Assembly: GCA_913055635.1 (NCBI GenBank)
Contig: CAJXLK010000003.1
Span: 13,959-77,958 of the forward strand
Source of the DNA: an uncultured Bacteroidota bacterium
Lineage (GTDB): Bacteria > Bacteroidota > Bacteroidia > Bacteroidales > UBA12077
DNA: 64,000 nt
Reading direction: 5' to 3'
Made by a program: the position numbers and the translations under genes. Positions 36,161 through 46,272 of this stretch are shown here, in pieces. The stretch's first letter is position 1, and each line of letters starts with the position of its first letter. Below the pieces are notes generated by a model. That model saw only the letters and a list, made by a program, of their open reading frames with translations, had not been told where the DNA came from and ran no database searches.

Positions 36161-37378
36161 ATGGAATGGGATAAAATATTTAAGGAGATAGAGGGGAAAG
36201 GCACAGCGGCCCGACAGAATGCTCAGAAAAGGGAGATTATAAGTCTTTTGGCGAAAAGCTCTGCTGAGATGACCATACCTGAAATCTGCCGGCGAATACA
36301 ACTGAGTATTCCCACGGGCACCAAGCTGGTCAATGAACTGATTGCTGATCAGGTCATTACCACCACCGGCAAAAAGGAGACCGGCAACGGGCGCAAACCC
36401 ATTATGTATTCTCTGAATCCCCATTCCTTGTATTCGGTTGGTGTGGAGATCCTTATGCGACGCATCAGCATAGGGATCATTGATTTGAAGTTCAATACGG
36501 TTTTTTACCGGCGCGATAAGAATTTTAGGCTTCAGGATAACGAGGAATCGCTGGCCACAGTGGAACATTTTATCAAGGAGAGCATTGAAGAGGCCGGTAT
36601 AGAAACATCGCGTATACTGGGTCTTGGCATTGGGTTGACCGGCCGGGTGAATATTCAAACCGGCATTGCTTATAACTATTTCCTTTTCCTTCAGGAGCCG
36701 CTTTCTCAGTATTTTGCCAAAGCCTTTTCCAAGCGGGTTATTGTGGATAACGACACCCACATATGGGGCCATGCGGAACAAATGTTGGGTCGGGCCCGCG
36801 AAACTTCCAACGCCTTGGTGGTCAATTTGGGCCGGGGCCTGGGCATGTCGATTATTGTAAACGGGCAGATGGTCAATGGGGTTTCCGGTTTTGCCGGTGA
36901 ATTTGGGCACATGCAATTCGGCGGTTCCGATAAGCTATGCATATGCGGTAAAAGAGGTTGCCTGGGTATGGATGTATCGGGGTATGCCCTGGAAGAAAAA
37001 TTTAAAATGAAGATTGAAGAAGGTGAAACTTCCATCCTTACCCGTGAGTTGGAGCTGGATCAACTCCGTTACGATGATATACTGGAAGCCGCTTCCCGGG
37101 GGGATGCCCTTTCGATCACCCTGATTCAGCAAATGGGCAATCAACTGGGCAAGGCCCTGGGCAATATTGTGAACCTTCTGAATCCCGAAGTCATTGTGTT
37201 GGGGGGTAAATTTGCCCGGGCCGAAAGTCTGCTGGTCGATTCGGTCCGCTCTGGCATGATCCATTCTGCTTTGCCCAATCCCATGAAAAATGTAACCCTC
37301 GAACTCTCTAACCTGGATGAGAAAGGAGGCGTTAGGGGGGCCGGTGCCATGGTATTCAAACAATACAGCCTGATTTGA
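36161..37378 (+). CDS. ROK-family transcriptional regulator (NagC/XylR-like, N-terminal winged HTH + ROK sugar-binding domain)
   Basis: The N-terminal QKREIISLLAKSSAEMTIPEICRRIQLSIPTGTKLVNELIADQVI is the HTH. ROK body: VGVEILMRRISIGIIDL, GFAGEFGHMQFGGSDKLCICGKRGCLGMDVSG. Confidence 0.85.
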   Translation: MEWDKIFKEIEGKGTAARQNAQKREIISLLAKSSAEMTIPEICRRIQLSIPTGTKLVNELIADQVITTTGKKETGNGRKPIMYSLNPHSLYSVGVEILMRRISIGIIDLKFNTVFYRRDKNFRLQDNEESLATVEHFIKESIEEAGIETSRILGLGIGLTGRVNIQTGIAYNYFLFLQEPLSQYFAKAFSKRVIVDNDTHIWGHAEQMLGRARETSNALVVNLGRGLGMSIIVNGQMVNGVSGFAGEFGHMQFGGSDKLCICGKRGCLGMDVSGYALEEKFKMKIEEGETSILTRELELDQLRYDDILEAASRGDALSITLIQQMGNQLGKALGNIVNLLNPEVIVLGGKFARAESLLVDSVRSGMIHSALPNPMKNVTLELSNLDEKGGVRGAGAMVFKQYSLI

Positions 37379-37438
37379 TCCTGCCCGGTACCACCATGTC
37401 ATTTGTATTTCCTTGTTTGTTGTTTTCTTTCCCAAAAA

Positions 37439-38917
37439 ATGCAAGTTATGACCCGTCGTGAGCACAGCATTGATGCCCTCAGGGGACTGGCTATTGTGGG
37501 GATGGTCCTTTCCGGCAGCATCCTCCATGGATTGCCCGGTTGGATGTACCATGCCCAGGTTGGGCCTCCCTCTTACCAATTCACCCCGGATGTGCCTGGT
37601 TTAACCTGGGTAGATTTGGTTTTTCCTTTTTTCCTCTTTGCCATGGGTCTGGCTTTTCCTTTTTCGCTGAGGCGAAACCTGGAACGTGGGGTGCCGCGGA
37701 AAAGACTGGTCGTTAAAGTGCTAAAGCGGGGCCTTAAGCTGGTGTTTTTTGCCATTGCCCTGGCCCACCTCTCTCCGCTTCATTACCCGGGAGCGGTTGG
37801 ATGGCCTAAATGGTTTATTGCATTGCTGGCTTTTGGCGGTTTTTTTATGGCTTTTTGCCGGTTTCCCAATATGGAACCCCGGCGTTCAGACCGCCTTAAT
37901 GTCTTTGGCTACCTGTTTTTGGCCGGGCTCATCATTTTTCGTTCCCTGGCCTTTGATATTCCCTTTGCTGCCCATAACCATGACATCATTATCTTGGTCC
38001 TGGCCAATATGGCCTTCTTTGGAGCAGTCATCTGGTTGTATACCCCCCATAACTGGTTGGCCCGCCTTGCTCCTCTTCCCCTTTATTTTGGCGTTCGACT
38101 CACCCACGATATCTCCGGCACCTGGAACCAGGCCCTGTGGAATTTTGATCCCCTTGGATGGATGGGCCAACAATGGAGCTGGTTGCACGAGCAGCTTTTG
38201 GCTGTGGGCATTGATACTTCCCAGACCATCTTTTATCACCCGGAATACCTGAAATATTTTTTTATCGTCCTGCCCGGATCCATCATCGGTGATATCCTAT
38301 ACAACCATTTTCAAACCCGATCCCGTTCGGCTGATCACCCCCATTCAATATCCCGCTTCAAAGGAGCAGTTATTATAACGGTACTGGCGGTTTTCCTGAA
38401 CCTGGTCGGATGGTACGCCAGGTACCCGGTATTTACCCTGCTGATCAACCTTGGAGTTGGCCTGGGCCTGATGCACCTGTTGAAGCACCCGAGAGATCAC
38501 TTTTCTAAAGCCCTCTACCTGATCAGCCTGTGGAGTGTTTTCTGGCTGATCCTGGGTACCGTCTTCGAAGCTTATGAGGGCGGGATCAAGAAAGATCCGG
38601 CTACCATGAGCTACTTTTTTGTCACTTGCGGACTGTCCGGTTTTCTGGTGATTTTCTTTAAGCTGCTCTACGATTATTTTGAGAAAACCCGGGTGCTGCA
38701 CTACCTGGTTTCGGTCGGGAAAAATCCAATGGTGGGTTATGTGGCCTCTTCCTTTGTGATTATGCCCGTGGTTTATTTCCTGCAACTCCGACCGTTTTTG
38801 AATTCGATCAACACCTACTGGGAATGGCTGGGGCTGGTCAGGGGATTGATCGTTACAGGGGCCATGGTGGCATTGGTGACTTTTACCGTTCGACGCAAAT
38901 ATTTATGGAAGACCTAA
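37439..38917 (+). CDS. Polytopic membrane protein of the DUF5009 / heparan-alpha-glucosaminide N-acetyltransferase (HGSNAT)-like acyltransferase family
   Basis: MQVMTRREHSIDALRGLAIVGMVLSGSILHGLPGWMYHAQVGPP...LTWVDLVFPFFLFAMGLAFPFSL is followed by about 10 further hydrophobic spans. Confidence 0.65.
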   Translation: MQVMTRREHSIDALRGLAIVGMVLSGSILHGLPGWMYHAQVGPPSYQFTPDVPGLTWVDLVFPFFLFAMGLAFPFSLRRNLERGVPRKRLVVKVLKRGLKLVFFAIALAHLSPLHYPGAVGWPKWFIALLAFGGFFMAFCRFPNMEPRRSDRLNVFGYLFLAGLIIFRSLAFDIPFAAHNHDIIILVLANMAFFGAVIWLYTPHNWLARLAPLPLYFGVRLTHDISGTWNQALWNFDPLGWMGQQWSWLHEQLLAVGIDTSQTIFYHPEYLKYFFIVLPGSIIGDILYNHFQTRSRSADHPHSISRFKGAVIITVLAVFLNLVGWYARYPVFTLLINLGVGLGLMHLLKHPRDHFSKALYLISLWSVFWLILGTVFEAYEGGIKKDPATMSYFFVTCGLSGFLVIFFKLLYDYFEKTRVLHYLVSVGKNPMVGYVASSFVIMPVVYFLQLRPFLNSINTYWEWLGLVRGLIVTGAMVALVTFTVRRKYLWKT

Positions 38918-39150
38918 TCGTGGAGGGTGATGGGCCGTCTTTGTTTTTTTACGGTGGAAGCCACTGGCCAATTGGTTTGTGGTGTTTTCCCGGCCGGCAG
39001 ATGGGCAAAGCCTCAGGTTGTTTGTGGCCGGTGAAGCCGAAGGGACCTTTTATTAAATGGGACGCCCGGGGAATGAGGGGATGGGTTCTATTGGGCCATA
39101 ATGCTCTTTAGGTTAGAGCCTTAATGGATATTTTGAAGAAGTATGAAGGG

Positions 39151-40077
39151 TTATTGATTGTTGAGCGCCATCAATCCAGCACCATATATGCCTGCCATCT
39201 CGCCCAAATAGGCTTTTTGAAGTATGAGGTTCTTCTTTTCCATTTTAAATGCGTGTTCCTGGATGGTTTGTTCCGTTTTTTCGAGCATTCCTTCCCATGC
39301 CTGGGCAATACCACCGCCTATGACAATGGTTTCGGGGCGTATCAGGTTCAGGATGTTGGAGATGCCAATGCCCAGGGCATGGCCTGAGTCACGCAATATT
39401 TGCCGGGCAGGTTCATATCCCCGGGCTGCCTTTTGGGATATTTCGCGGGGGGTGGCTCCGGCCTTCAGCTGGCAGGTCGGGCCGGACTTGTTTTGTTTGA
39501 TTTGTTCGGCCAGCAGGCGTTGCAGTCCGTATCGGCCGGCGTAGGTTTCCAGGCATCCCCTGCGTCCGCACCGGCATAAAGGCCCGTCATAATCGATCAC
39601 CATATGTCCGATCTCGGAGGAAAACCCGTTCAGCTCCAGGATCTGGCCGCGATAAACCAGGGCCCCTCCTACACCGGACCCCAGGGTGATCATCAACATG
39701 CTGTCGGTACTTTTTCCGGCCCCTGCCCAATGTTCTCCCAGGGCAGCCATGCTGGCGTCATTTTCCAGGAAAACCTTTTGGGTAACCCTGGATTGCAGAT
39801 GCTCTTGTATGGGGTAGCCTTCCCAACCGGGCAGATTGGGGACTTGTTTAATGCAGGTCTTTGCTTCATCGAGGATGCCGGGCAGGCCTACTCCCAGCCC
39901 GGCAATATCCTTTGATGTGAGATGGCCTTCAATCCGGCTGAGGATCTCATCCAGGGTCTGACCCGGGGATAGCCCCAGGTCCATGGGATAACGTTCTATA
40001 TGCAACAATTTTCCGGATGAACCGAGGATGCCCATCTTGGCCTCGGTCCCTCCAATGTCCAGGCCCACATAATACAT
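39151..40077 (-). CDS. ROK-family sugar kinase (N-acetylhexosamine/glucose kinase candidate)
   Basis: MYYVGLDIGGTEAKMGIL. Also ENDASMAALGEHWAGAG and GHMVIDYDGPLCRCGRRGCLETYAG. There is no HTH. Confidence 0.85.
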   Translation of the reverse strand: MYYVGLDIGGTEAKMGILGSSGKLLHIERYPMDLGLSPGQTLDEILSRIEGHLTSKDIAGLGVGLPGILDEAKTCIKQVPNLPGWEGYPIQEHLQSRVTQKVFLENDASMAALGEHWAGAGKSTDSMLMITLGSGVGGALVYRGQILELNGFSSEIGHMVIDYDGPLCRCGRRGCLETYAGRYGLQRLLAEQIKQNKSGPTCQLKAGATPREISQKAARGYEPARQILRDSGHALGIGISNILNLIRPETIVIGGGIAQAWEGMLEKTEQTIQEHAFKMEKKNLILQKAYLGEMAGIYGAGLMALNNQ

Positions 40078-40111
40078 AGAGATTGGTTTTAATGGTGAAA
40101 TATGACAATGT

Positions 40112-40143
40112 AAAAAGCAGGGGGAGCAGGTGGCTCCCCCGCT
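40112..40143 (-). terminator. Intrinsic terminator after the NagB-fusion gene
   Basis: Minus strand: GGGGGAGC-CACCU-GCUCCCCC (8-bp stem), followed by UGCUUUUUAC. It lies between the nagB-like stop (40176) and the ROK kinase start (40077). Confidence 0.65.
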
Positions 40144-40175
40144 GAAATTAGCATATGAAGGATACGGGTCGGGGG

Positions 40176-42575
40176 TTATTGCGGATGGCTCTCCAGCTCA
40201 TCCTTGGCTTCTAGCAACCTGCGTACATCCCTGATGTGTTCGGTGAACTCTTTGTACGACATATCCTTCATATAGATAGAACCGAATGCCCGCCTCAACA
40301 TGGGATTGGGGTTTTTGTAGAAATAATCCTGTCCCACCAGGTGGGTGATTTGATCATGTTGTTCAACCCATATCTTCTGTGCCAGCTGACTGAAGGTGCC
40401 ATCCAGCTCATAGCTTGGGAATGAGGCCGACTTTTGGCTGACAAAGCAATTGTTGAACATGTTGTGCAGTGTGGCGAAAGAATTCAGCGACAGGGGGATG
40501 ATCCGGTCGGCTTCAGTGGGTTTGAAACGCGACCATACATTGCGGTAACCCCAAATCCGCAGATTGATATCGGGGTGATTGGCCACGTACTGGTCAATGG
40601 CCTCGGACAGGGCAATGAGGGTCTTGTAATGGGTGTCCGGTCCGCTGCCTTCCGGATCCAAAGCCAGGGTAATGATCGAGGGGCGCAGCTGTTCAAAAAG
40701 ATCCAGCAGGGGTTTGACGTCTGCCTCATAATCGGGATACTGCGGGAAAATATCATCCGAATAGAAGCTTAAGCGCATATGATGTACCTGGTCCTTATTG
40801 ATGCCAAAATGGGCCCATACCAGCTCTGCTTCAAACTCGCGCAACCAGCTTTTTACGTTTTGTATCAGTTCGGGGACCTTTCGTCCGGGTTCCAGCTCGG
40901 AGAGTATATGCAGGATTTCAATTACGGACTTTTCCACCCGGTCAAAATGATCGGTGGGTTTTTCCTGCAACAGGCGCCGAACGATGCGGGCCGACTTAAA
41001 CAATTTCTGGGTATCCGGGTTTTGTTGGGAGATGCCGCGCAGGTACCCGGTAATGTCTTGCTGTCCGCGGTTGTAATCTTTAAAGCCGTCAAAGCTGTCG
41101 AGCTCCTGCAACCGCCCTTCCTTCAAAAAGCGCAAAACATCCTCCATACACTCTTCTACATAAAAATTGGTAACGGCGGTGAATCCGCTGGTACAGTAAC
41201 AAAAATGGTTGCTGTTGGCCGTCGAACGCACCAGATGATGCAGGAACGGGAAATAAGCCAGTTCAATGTCATCATGATGGGGGGCTGTATGAAGGATGGT
41301 CTGATTGTCGGGGGTTTTGAGCCCGGCTTCAATTTTTTGGATCAACCGGTCGTAGGTCTGTTGCATAAGTTGTTCATGCCCTTGCCCGGTAATTTCAGCC
41401 GCCAGCTTCCAGTGGCCGCATTCGGTTTCCTGTTGCCGGGATGATAGGGCATGGGGCAGGGATAAGCCGGTTTTCATGGCCCCCCGGATGACCAGGTCAT
41501 CGACCAGGTGGGGCTGGGTAAGGCCCTTTTTATAGAGTTTTTTGGTGGTCTCGTGCGAAGTGGTCAACTCCTTGGTGGTGCTCTCTGTGATGTAAAAACG
41601 GCTGTTCTGGAGTTGCTGGAGGCTGGTGGCCGGATATTGCAGGGACGGCTCCCGCTCAATGGCATCGGCCACCACCCCGCTTTTCGACTGGCCTGCTGCA
41701 ATGATGATGGCCACCGTATCAGGATTGTAGGTGATGGTCTCCAGGCCCATGGTCACCACGGCTTTTTTCTTGACCAGTTCAATGCCGCCCAAATCACTCG
41801 CCGCTGCCGCCTGGGTCTCATAGTTGATGTTGGTTAGCCGGGTGGGGGAGAAATGGCTCGACCCCTTGATGTTGAAGGCCACATGCCCGTCAGGACCGAT
41901 GCCCCCCAGGAAGAATCCAATGCCGCCCAAACTGCGGATCTTTTCTTCATAGGCCCGGCAAAACTCATCATAAGCCTCAATGGCCCTTTTGCGCAGCAAA
42001 AGCTTTTCATCCGTCGGCTTTTCACTGCGTAAATCCAAATCAACCGGGTCGTCATTGAAAATCTCCTGCAGCGTCTTTTTGTTATTCAGGATCTTCCGTG
42101 TCTGTGGGTCCAGATTGAAGGTGTCGATCATATGGGTTTTGGCCGGGTCAAAACCAAAGCCTTTGATGTAATAGTTCTTGACAAAATAGTAAAAAGAACG
42201 TTCATGATCCGGTGGAATGGGAAAGAACTCATCCAGCTGGAAGAAATGCAGGGAACTGAAATCGGGTTTCTTCTTCGGGTCAAAGCCAATTCGGGCCATC
42301 AACCCGTTTTGTGTTTCCTGTTGCCAGTTGTTCAGATAGTATTCCATCCATTTGATGAAAAATTCAGGGGTTTTGCCTGTAGGCAGGGCCACTACGCCTC
42401 CCGGGTTCAGAATGACCCATTCGAGAAAGCGCAAAGCTGTAATCTGGCCAAGCTCGACATAGTTGTCGACAATTACCGTAGGTATTTTCCAGTGGGCTTC
42501 ATTGTGTTGACTGAGGTGGTTCTTTTGGGCGAAAAACGCCTCTACCTTGCTTTCGGTGTTATAATGCTGCCTCAT
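40176..42575 (-). CDS. nagB: Long-form glucosamine-6-phosphate deaminase/isomerase fused to a C-terminal LmbE/PIG-L-like (putative N-acetylhexosamine deacetylase) region
   Basis: NagB motifs: VVALPTGKTPEFF, FFQLDEFF, GIGPDGHVAFNIKGSS, AVVTMGLETI, AIIIAAGQSKS. The C-terminal half contains ILHTAPHHDDIELAYFPF, resembling the PIG-L AHPDDE motif. 799 aa. Confidence 0.75.
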   Translation of the reverse strand: MRQHYNTESKVEAFFAQKNHLSQHNEAHWKIPTVIVDNYVELGQITALRFLEWVILNPGGVVALPTGKTPEFFIKWMEYYLNNWQQETQNGLMARIGFDPKKKPDFSSLHFFQLDEFFPIPPDHERSFYYFVKNYYIKGFGFDPAKTHMIDTFNLDPQTRKILNNKKTLQEIFNDDPVDLDLRSEKPTDEKLLLRKRAIEAYDEFCRAYEEKIRSLGGIGFFLGGIGPDGHVAFNIKGSSHFSPTRLTNINYETQAAAASDLGGIELVKKKAVVTMGLETITYNPDTVAIIIAAGQSKSGVVADAIEREPSLQYPATSLQQLQNSRFYITESTTKELTTSHETTKKLYKKGLTQPHLVDDLVIRGAMKTGLSLPHALSSRQQETECGHWKLAAEITGQGHEQLMQQTYDRLIQKIEAGLKTPDNQTILHTAPHHDDIELAYFPFLHHLVRSTANSNHFCYCTSGFTAVTNFYVEECMEDVLRFLKEGRLQELDSFDGFKDYNRGQQDITGYLRGISQQNPDTQKLFKSARIVRRLLQEKPTDHFDRVEKSVIEILHILSELEPGRKVPELIQNVKSWLREFEAELVWAHFGINKDQVHHMRLSFYSDDIFPQYPDYEADVKPLLDLFEQLRPSIITLALDPEGSGPDTHYKTLIALSEAIDQYVANHPDINLRIWGYRNVWSRFKPTEADRIIPLSLNSFATLHNMFNNCFVSQKSASFPSYELDGTFSQLAQKIWVEQHDQITHLVGQDYFYKNPNPMLRRAFGSIYMKDMSYKEFTEHIRDVRRLLEAKDELESHPQ

Positions 42576-42831
42576 GAATAGTCCTCCTCCTTTTAATTTT
42601 ATATAACAAACCTACAAAAAAACGGGAATTTTTAAAAATATTTATTATATTTAACTTTATTATTAATTGATTTTATATATAGGTGCCGGCGGGTGGTGTG
42701 TTTAAATATTTGTTGAATAGATATTTATGACAAAGTGGTTGTTTTGAGGGTTCTTCCGTCAATTAAATTTTATGGCCTATAGCATGGTTATCGCCATTTA
42801 TTTTGGGCAAATTCTGCTTTATTAAAAAAAA

Positions 42832-42897
42832 TATTAATAAAATGTTTTTAATTTAATAAATATTTTATAAAATTGTCCAGTCAAATGATCTTCTTTT
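42832..42897 (+). promoter_or_regulatory. AT-rich promoter/operator region of PUL-2 (divergent from nagB-fusion gene)
   Basis: The region contains TATTAATAAAATGTTTTTAATTT (42832-42854), TTATAAAATT (42865-42874) and ATCTTCTTTT (42888-42897). The same motifs occur in the same order upstream of PUL-1. Confidence 0.45.
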
Positions 42898-43035
42898 ACC
42901 AGGGAAAATTCATGAAGCTTCCTGGGATGAGAGAGAGGATGTCAACTTCAGCAACAGGCTGAAACGCAAAGCAGACAATGAAAACACAAATACGTTAAAT
43001 AATAACCCACAATCAGCTTTTAAATTTTACGCACT

Positions 43036-46000
43036 ATGCAGGCAAGATCTATCATATTACGGAGCCTATCCATTATGCTGACCCTGCTTTTTTCGGTAGC
43101 GGCAGCAATGGGTCAACAGCGGGAGATTTCCGGTGTTGTTTACAATGCCAGTGACCAGCCCCTTCCTGGGGCCTCGGTGGTGGTAAAAGGTACCCAGGGA
43201 AAAGGGATGATCGGGACCGCCACTGATGTGGATGGTCAATTCACCCTACAGGTGCCTGCCGGAAAAGATACTTTGGTGGTTTCTTATACTGGTTATCACA
43301 AAAAGGTCGTTCCGATTGGCCAAAAAGATCAGGTACGTGTGGTTTTGCAATCGGCCACCAGTGAGCTGGAAGAAGTTGTGGTAACGGCCATGGGCATCAA
43401 GCGGGAAGAGAAGGCCCTGGGTTATTCGGTGCAGGATGTTCAGGGCGAAGAGATGGAAAATGCCGATAAGATGTCACCCCTGGAAGGCCTCTCTGGTAAG
43501 GTGGCTGGTTTGAATGTGGCTTCTACCGGCAGTGGACCCGGTGGGTCGGTGAATATTTTGATCCGGGGGATGAGTTCGATTACCGGCTCAAATGAGCCGC
43601 TGATCGTGATTGACGGGGTTCCCATCGATAATTCCGGGGGCGCTTCCGGCACCGCCTATGGCGGATTTGATTATGGCAATGCTGCCAGCAACATCAACCC
43701 CCAAAACATTAAGTCGATCTCTGTGCTGAAGGGGGGGGCTGCTTCGGCCCTTTACGGCTACAGGGGCTCCAATGGGGTCATCATGATTACCACCAAACAG
43801 GGTTCGAGCCAGAAAGGTCTGGGCATCCGGTTTAATTCATCGGTCTCCTTCAGCAACCCGGTGGTTAGGCCAAACTTTCAAAGCAAGTATTCCCAGGGAT
43901 CATCGGGCTCTTTTGAGCCCAACAGTTTCAGAAGTTGGGGAACCAAGATGAACGGACAAACCGTAACCAACTTCCTCGATCAAAAGCAACAACTTACCCC
44001 GCGCTCCACCCATCCATATGAAACCTTTTACAATACAGGCGTTTCCTACGACAATTCGATCAGCATCAACAAACGGGGCAAAAAGAATGGCATCTATTTC
44101 TCAGCCAACTGGACTAAAACACAGGGTATTCAGCCCCATAACACTTTGGACAAAAAGAACCTGACACTGCGTTACGACAGCGAGGTTTCCGATTTCCTGA
44201 CCTTTGATGCCAAAGCCAACTACATCAACCAGCAGGCGGATAACCGGCCTAACCTTTCGGGTTCACCCGATAATCCGGTATATTTGATGGCACAGTTGCC
44301 CCCTTCGGTGCGTTTGAGCCAGCTTCAGCCTTACCAAACCGTTGACGGTTATCCGGTGTTATGGACCAGTGAATATACCAAAAATGAGGAGGGCAGCGTT
44401 CAGTGGCGGAATGATCCCCCTGCCTTTGCCACCAGCCCCCTGTTGCAGAATCCCTACTGGGCGGTTAATCTGAACAACAACCACGATACACGCCATCGCC
44501 TGATTGGTTTTGGCGAGATGAACCTTGATGTGAAGGAGTGGTTTGCCTTGCCCTTTAGTTTGAATGTAAAGGGCAAAGTGGGCATTGATTATTACAATGA
44601 TACCCGTGAACGTTTTACCGCCCATCGCACCTATTATAAAGCCGATGGCAAGGCCACGATCAATGAATCCAAATCGCAGGTCCTGGAGATGAATTATGAC
44701 CTTCAGGTTACCGCCAGCGACCGGTTTGGCTCTTTCAGCACCGAAGCATCGGTAGGGGCCCACCTGCGGCACAATCAAAGCCGCGGCATTTATACTTCTT
44801 CGGAATCGGGCCTGATCAATGAAGACGGGCCTTATGTGATCCAGAATTTCAACAATCCCATTACCAATGATGGCATTTCTGAGCGGGAAGTGCAATCGGT
44901 TTATGGTTTGTTTAATGTGGGCTACAACCAGATGCTCTACCTCGATTTTACCTTGCGCAACGACTGGTCGTCCAATCTTTCACCGGACAACTGGTCTTAT
45001 CTTTATCCATCGGTGAGCATGAGCTGGTTGGTGCATGAAACGGTGAGTCTTCCCGAAGCCATTGATTTTCTCAAAGTACGTGGCTCATGGGCGGAGGTAG
45101 GCAGCAGCGGTGATCTTTCTTCATTCCGCTACTACCAGTATGGAACCAATCCCAGCCAGTACCGCGGGTTGCCTTATGGAAGCATTCCTTCAAACCGGCC
45201 CAATCGTTCCATTCATGCTGAATATACGGTTTCGAAGGAACTCGGGTTGAAGGCCATTTTGTTGAACGATCGGTTGAACCTGGACTTTACTTATTACCAG
45301 ACCGGCACCCGCGATCAGATCCTGAACAGTCCTTTGCCCCCTTCTTCCGGCTTTAACCGCGGGTATATCAATGCCGGTTACATCAATAACAGCGGCATTG
45401 AGGTAAGTGCCAACTATCGGTTGATTGATCAAGCGAACTGGAATATGAGCATTGGGGGCAACTTCACCCGGCAATGGAGTGAAGTGGAAGAGTTGGCCGA
45501 AGGCCAGGATATCCAGATCATTGGCGAAGCGGCCGGGGTAGTGACAGCGGCCAAAATGGGGCGGCCCGTTGGTATGATCATGGGCACTGCTTTCGCACGG
45601 AATGACCAGGGCAAGAAGATCATTGGAGATGACAACCTGCCCAAGATTGCCACTACCCAGGAGGGAGCCCTCGATTATGAGCGGGTCATCGGCAATTCTT
45701 TCCCCAAGATGTTGTGGGGCGGGAGCATCAGCCTCTCCTACAAAAATCTCCAGCTGGGGCTGAGCCTTGATTCCAAGCTCGGCCATGACATGTATTCCCT
45801 GACCAACCGCCGAGGGGCAGAATACGGCACCTTTGCCTACACCACTGAAGGCCGCGACGAATGGGAACGGGCCAAGGAAATTTCTGAAACCACCGGCGTG
45901 CCCCCACAAGACGGGTATATGGTACATGGGGTGAAAGATGGCAAGGAAGGGGATTATCCGGTGGATCCCCAAAAATATTGGGACCGGGTTGCCCGTATAC

Positions 46001-46260
46001 ATGAGGCCTTTGTGTACGACGCCTCCTATATCCGCCTGAAAAATGCCAGCCTGACCTACCGCTTTGACCTGAGCCAGGCCGAAAATGTGCCTTTTCAGGA
46101 TTTATCGGTATCGGTCTTTGGCAATAACCTGTTTTATATTATGCGCCATACCAAAAATATATCCCCCAGATCTTCTTTCGGCTCCAGGCGCACGGGCATA
46201 GAAATGTATGCCCAGCCTGAGCTTCGGAATTATGGGATGAAAGTGAGATTTTCATTTTAA
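43036..46260 (+). CDS. SusC/RagA-family TonB-dependent receptor (PUL-2)
   Basis: MQARSIILRSLSIMLTLLFSVAAAMGQQREISGVVYNASDQPLPGASVVVKGTQ, then EEVVVTAMGIKREEKALGYSV, IKSISVLKGGAASALYGYRGSNGVIMITTKQG, and the C-terminal YIRLKNASLTYRF...YGMKVRFSF. Confidence 0.95.
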   Translation: MQARSIILRSLSIMLTLLFSVAAAMGQQREISGVVYNASDQPLPGASVVVKGTQGKGMIGTATDVDGQFTLQVPAGKDTLVVSYTGYHKKVVPIGQKDQVRVVLQSATSELEEVVVTAMGIKREEKALGYSVQDVQGEEMENADKMSPLEGLSGKVAGLNVASTGSGPGGSVNILIRGMSSITGSNEPLIVIDGVPIDNSGGASGTAYGGFDYGNAASNINPQNIKSISVLKGGAASALYGYRGSNGVIMITTKQGSSQKGLGIRFNSSVSFSNPVVRPNFQSKYSQGSSGSFEPNSFRSWGTKMNGQTVTNFLDQKQQLTPRSTHPYETFYNTGVSYDNSISINKRGKKNGIYFSANWTKTQGIQPHNTLDKKNLTLRYDSEVSDFLTFDAKANYINQQADNRPNLSGSPDNPVYLMAQLPPSVRLSQLQPYQTVDGYPVLWTSEYTKNEEGSVQWRNDPPAFATSPLLQNPYWAVNLNNNHDTRHRLIGFGEMNLDVKEWFALPFSLNVKGKVGIDYYNDTRERFTAHRTYYKADGKATINESKSQVLEMNYDLQVTASDRFGSFSTEASVGAHLRHNQSRGIYTSSESGLINEDGPYVIQNFNNPITNDGISEREVQSVYGLFNVGYNQMLYLDFTLRNDWSSNLSPDNWSYLYPSVSMSWLVHETVSLPEAIDFLKVRGSWAEVGSSGDLSSFRYYQYGTNPSQYRGLPYGSIPSNRPNRSIHAEYTVSKELGLKAILLNDRLNLDFTYYQTGTRDQILNSPLPPSSGFNRGYINAGYINNSGIEVSANYRLIDQANWNMSIGGNFTRQWSEVEELAEGQDIQIIGEAAGVVTAAKMGRPVGMIMGTAFARNDQGKKIIGDDNLPKIATTQEGALDYERVIGNSFPKMLWGGSISLSYKNLQLGLSLDSKLGHDMYSLTNRRGAEYGTFAYTTEGRDEWERAKEISETTGVPPQDGYMVHGVKDGKEGDYPVDPQKYWDRVARIHEAFVYDASYIRLKNASLTYRFDLSQAENVPFQDLSVSVFGNNLFYIMRHTKNISPRSSFGSRRTGIEMYAQPELRNYGMKVRFSF

Positions 46261-46272
46261 AACCAATTAGCC

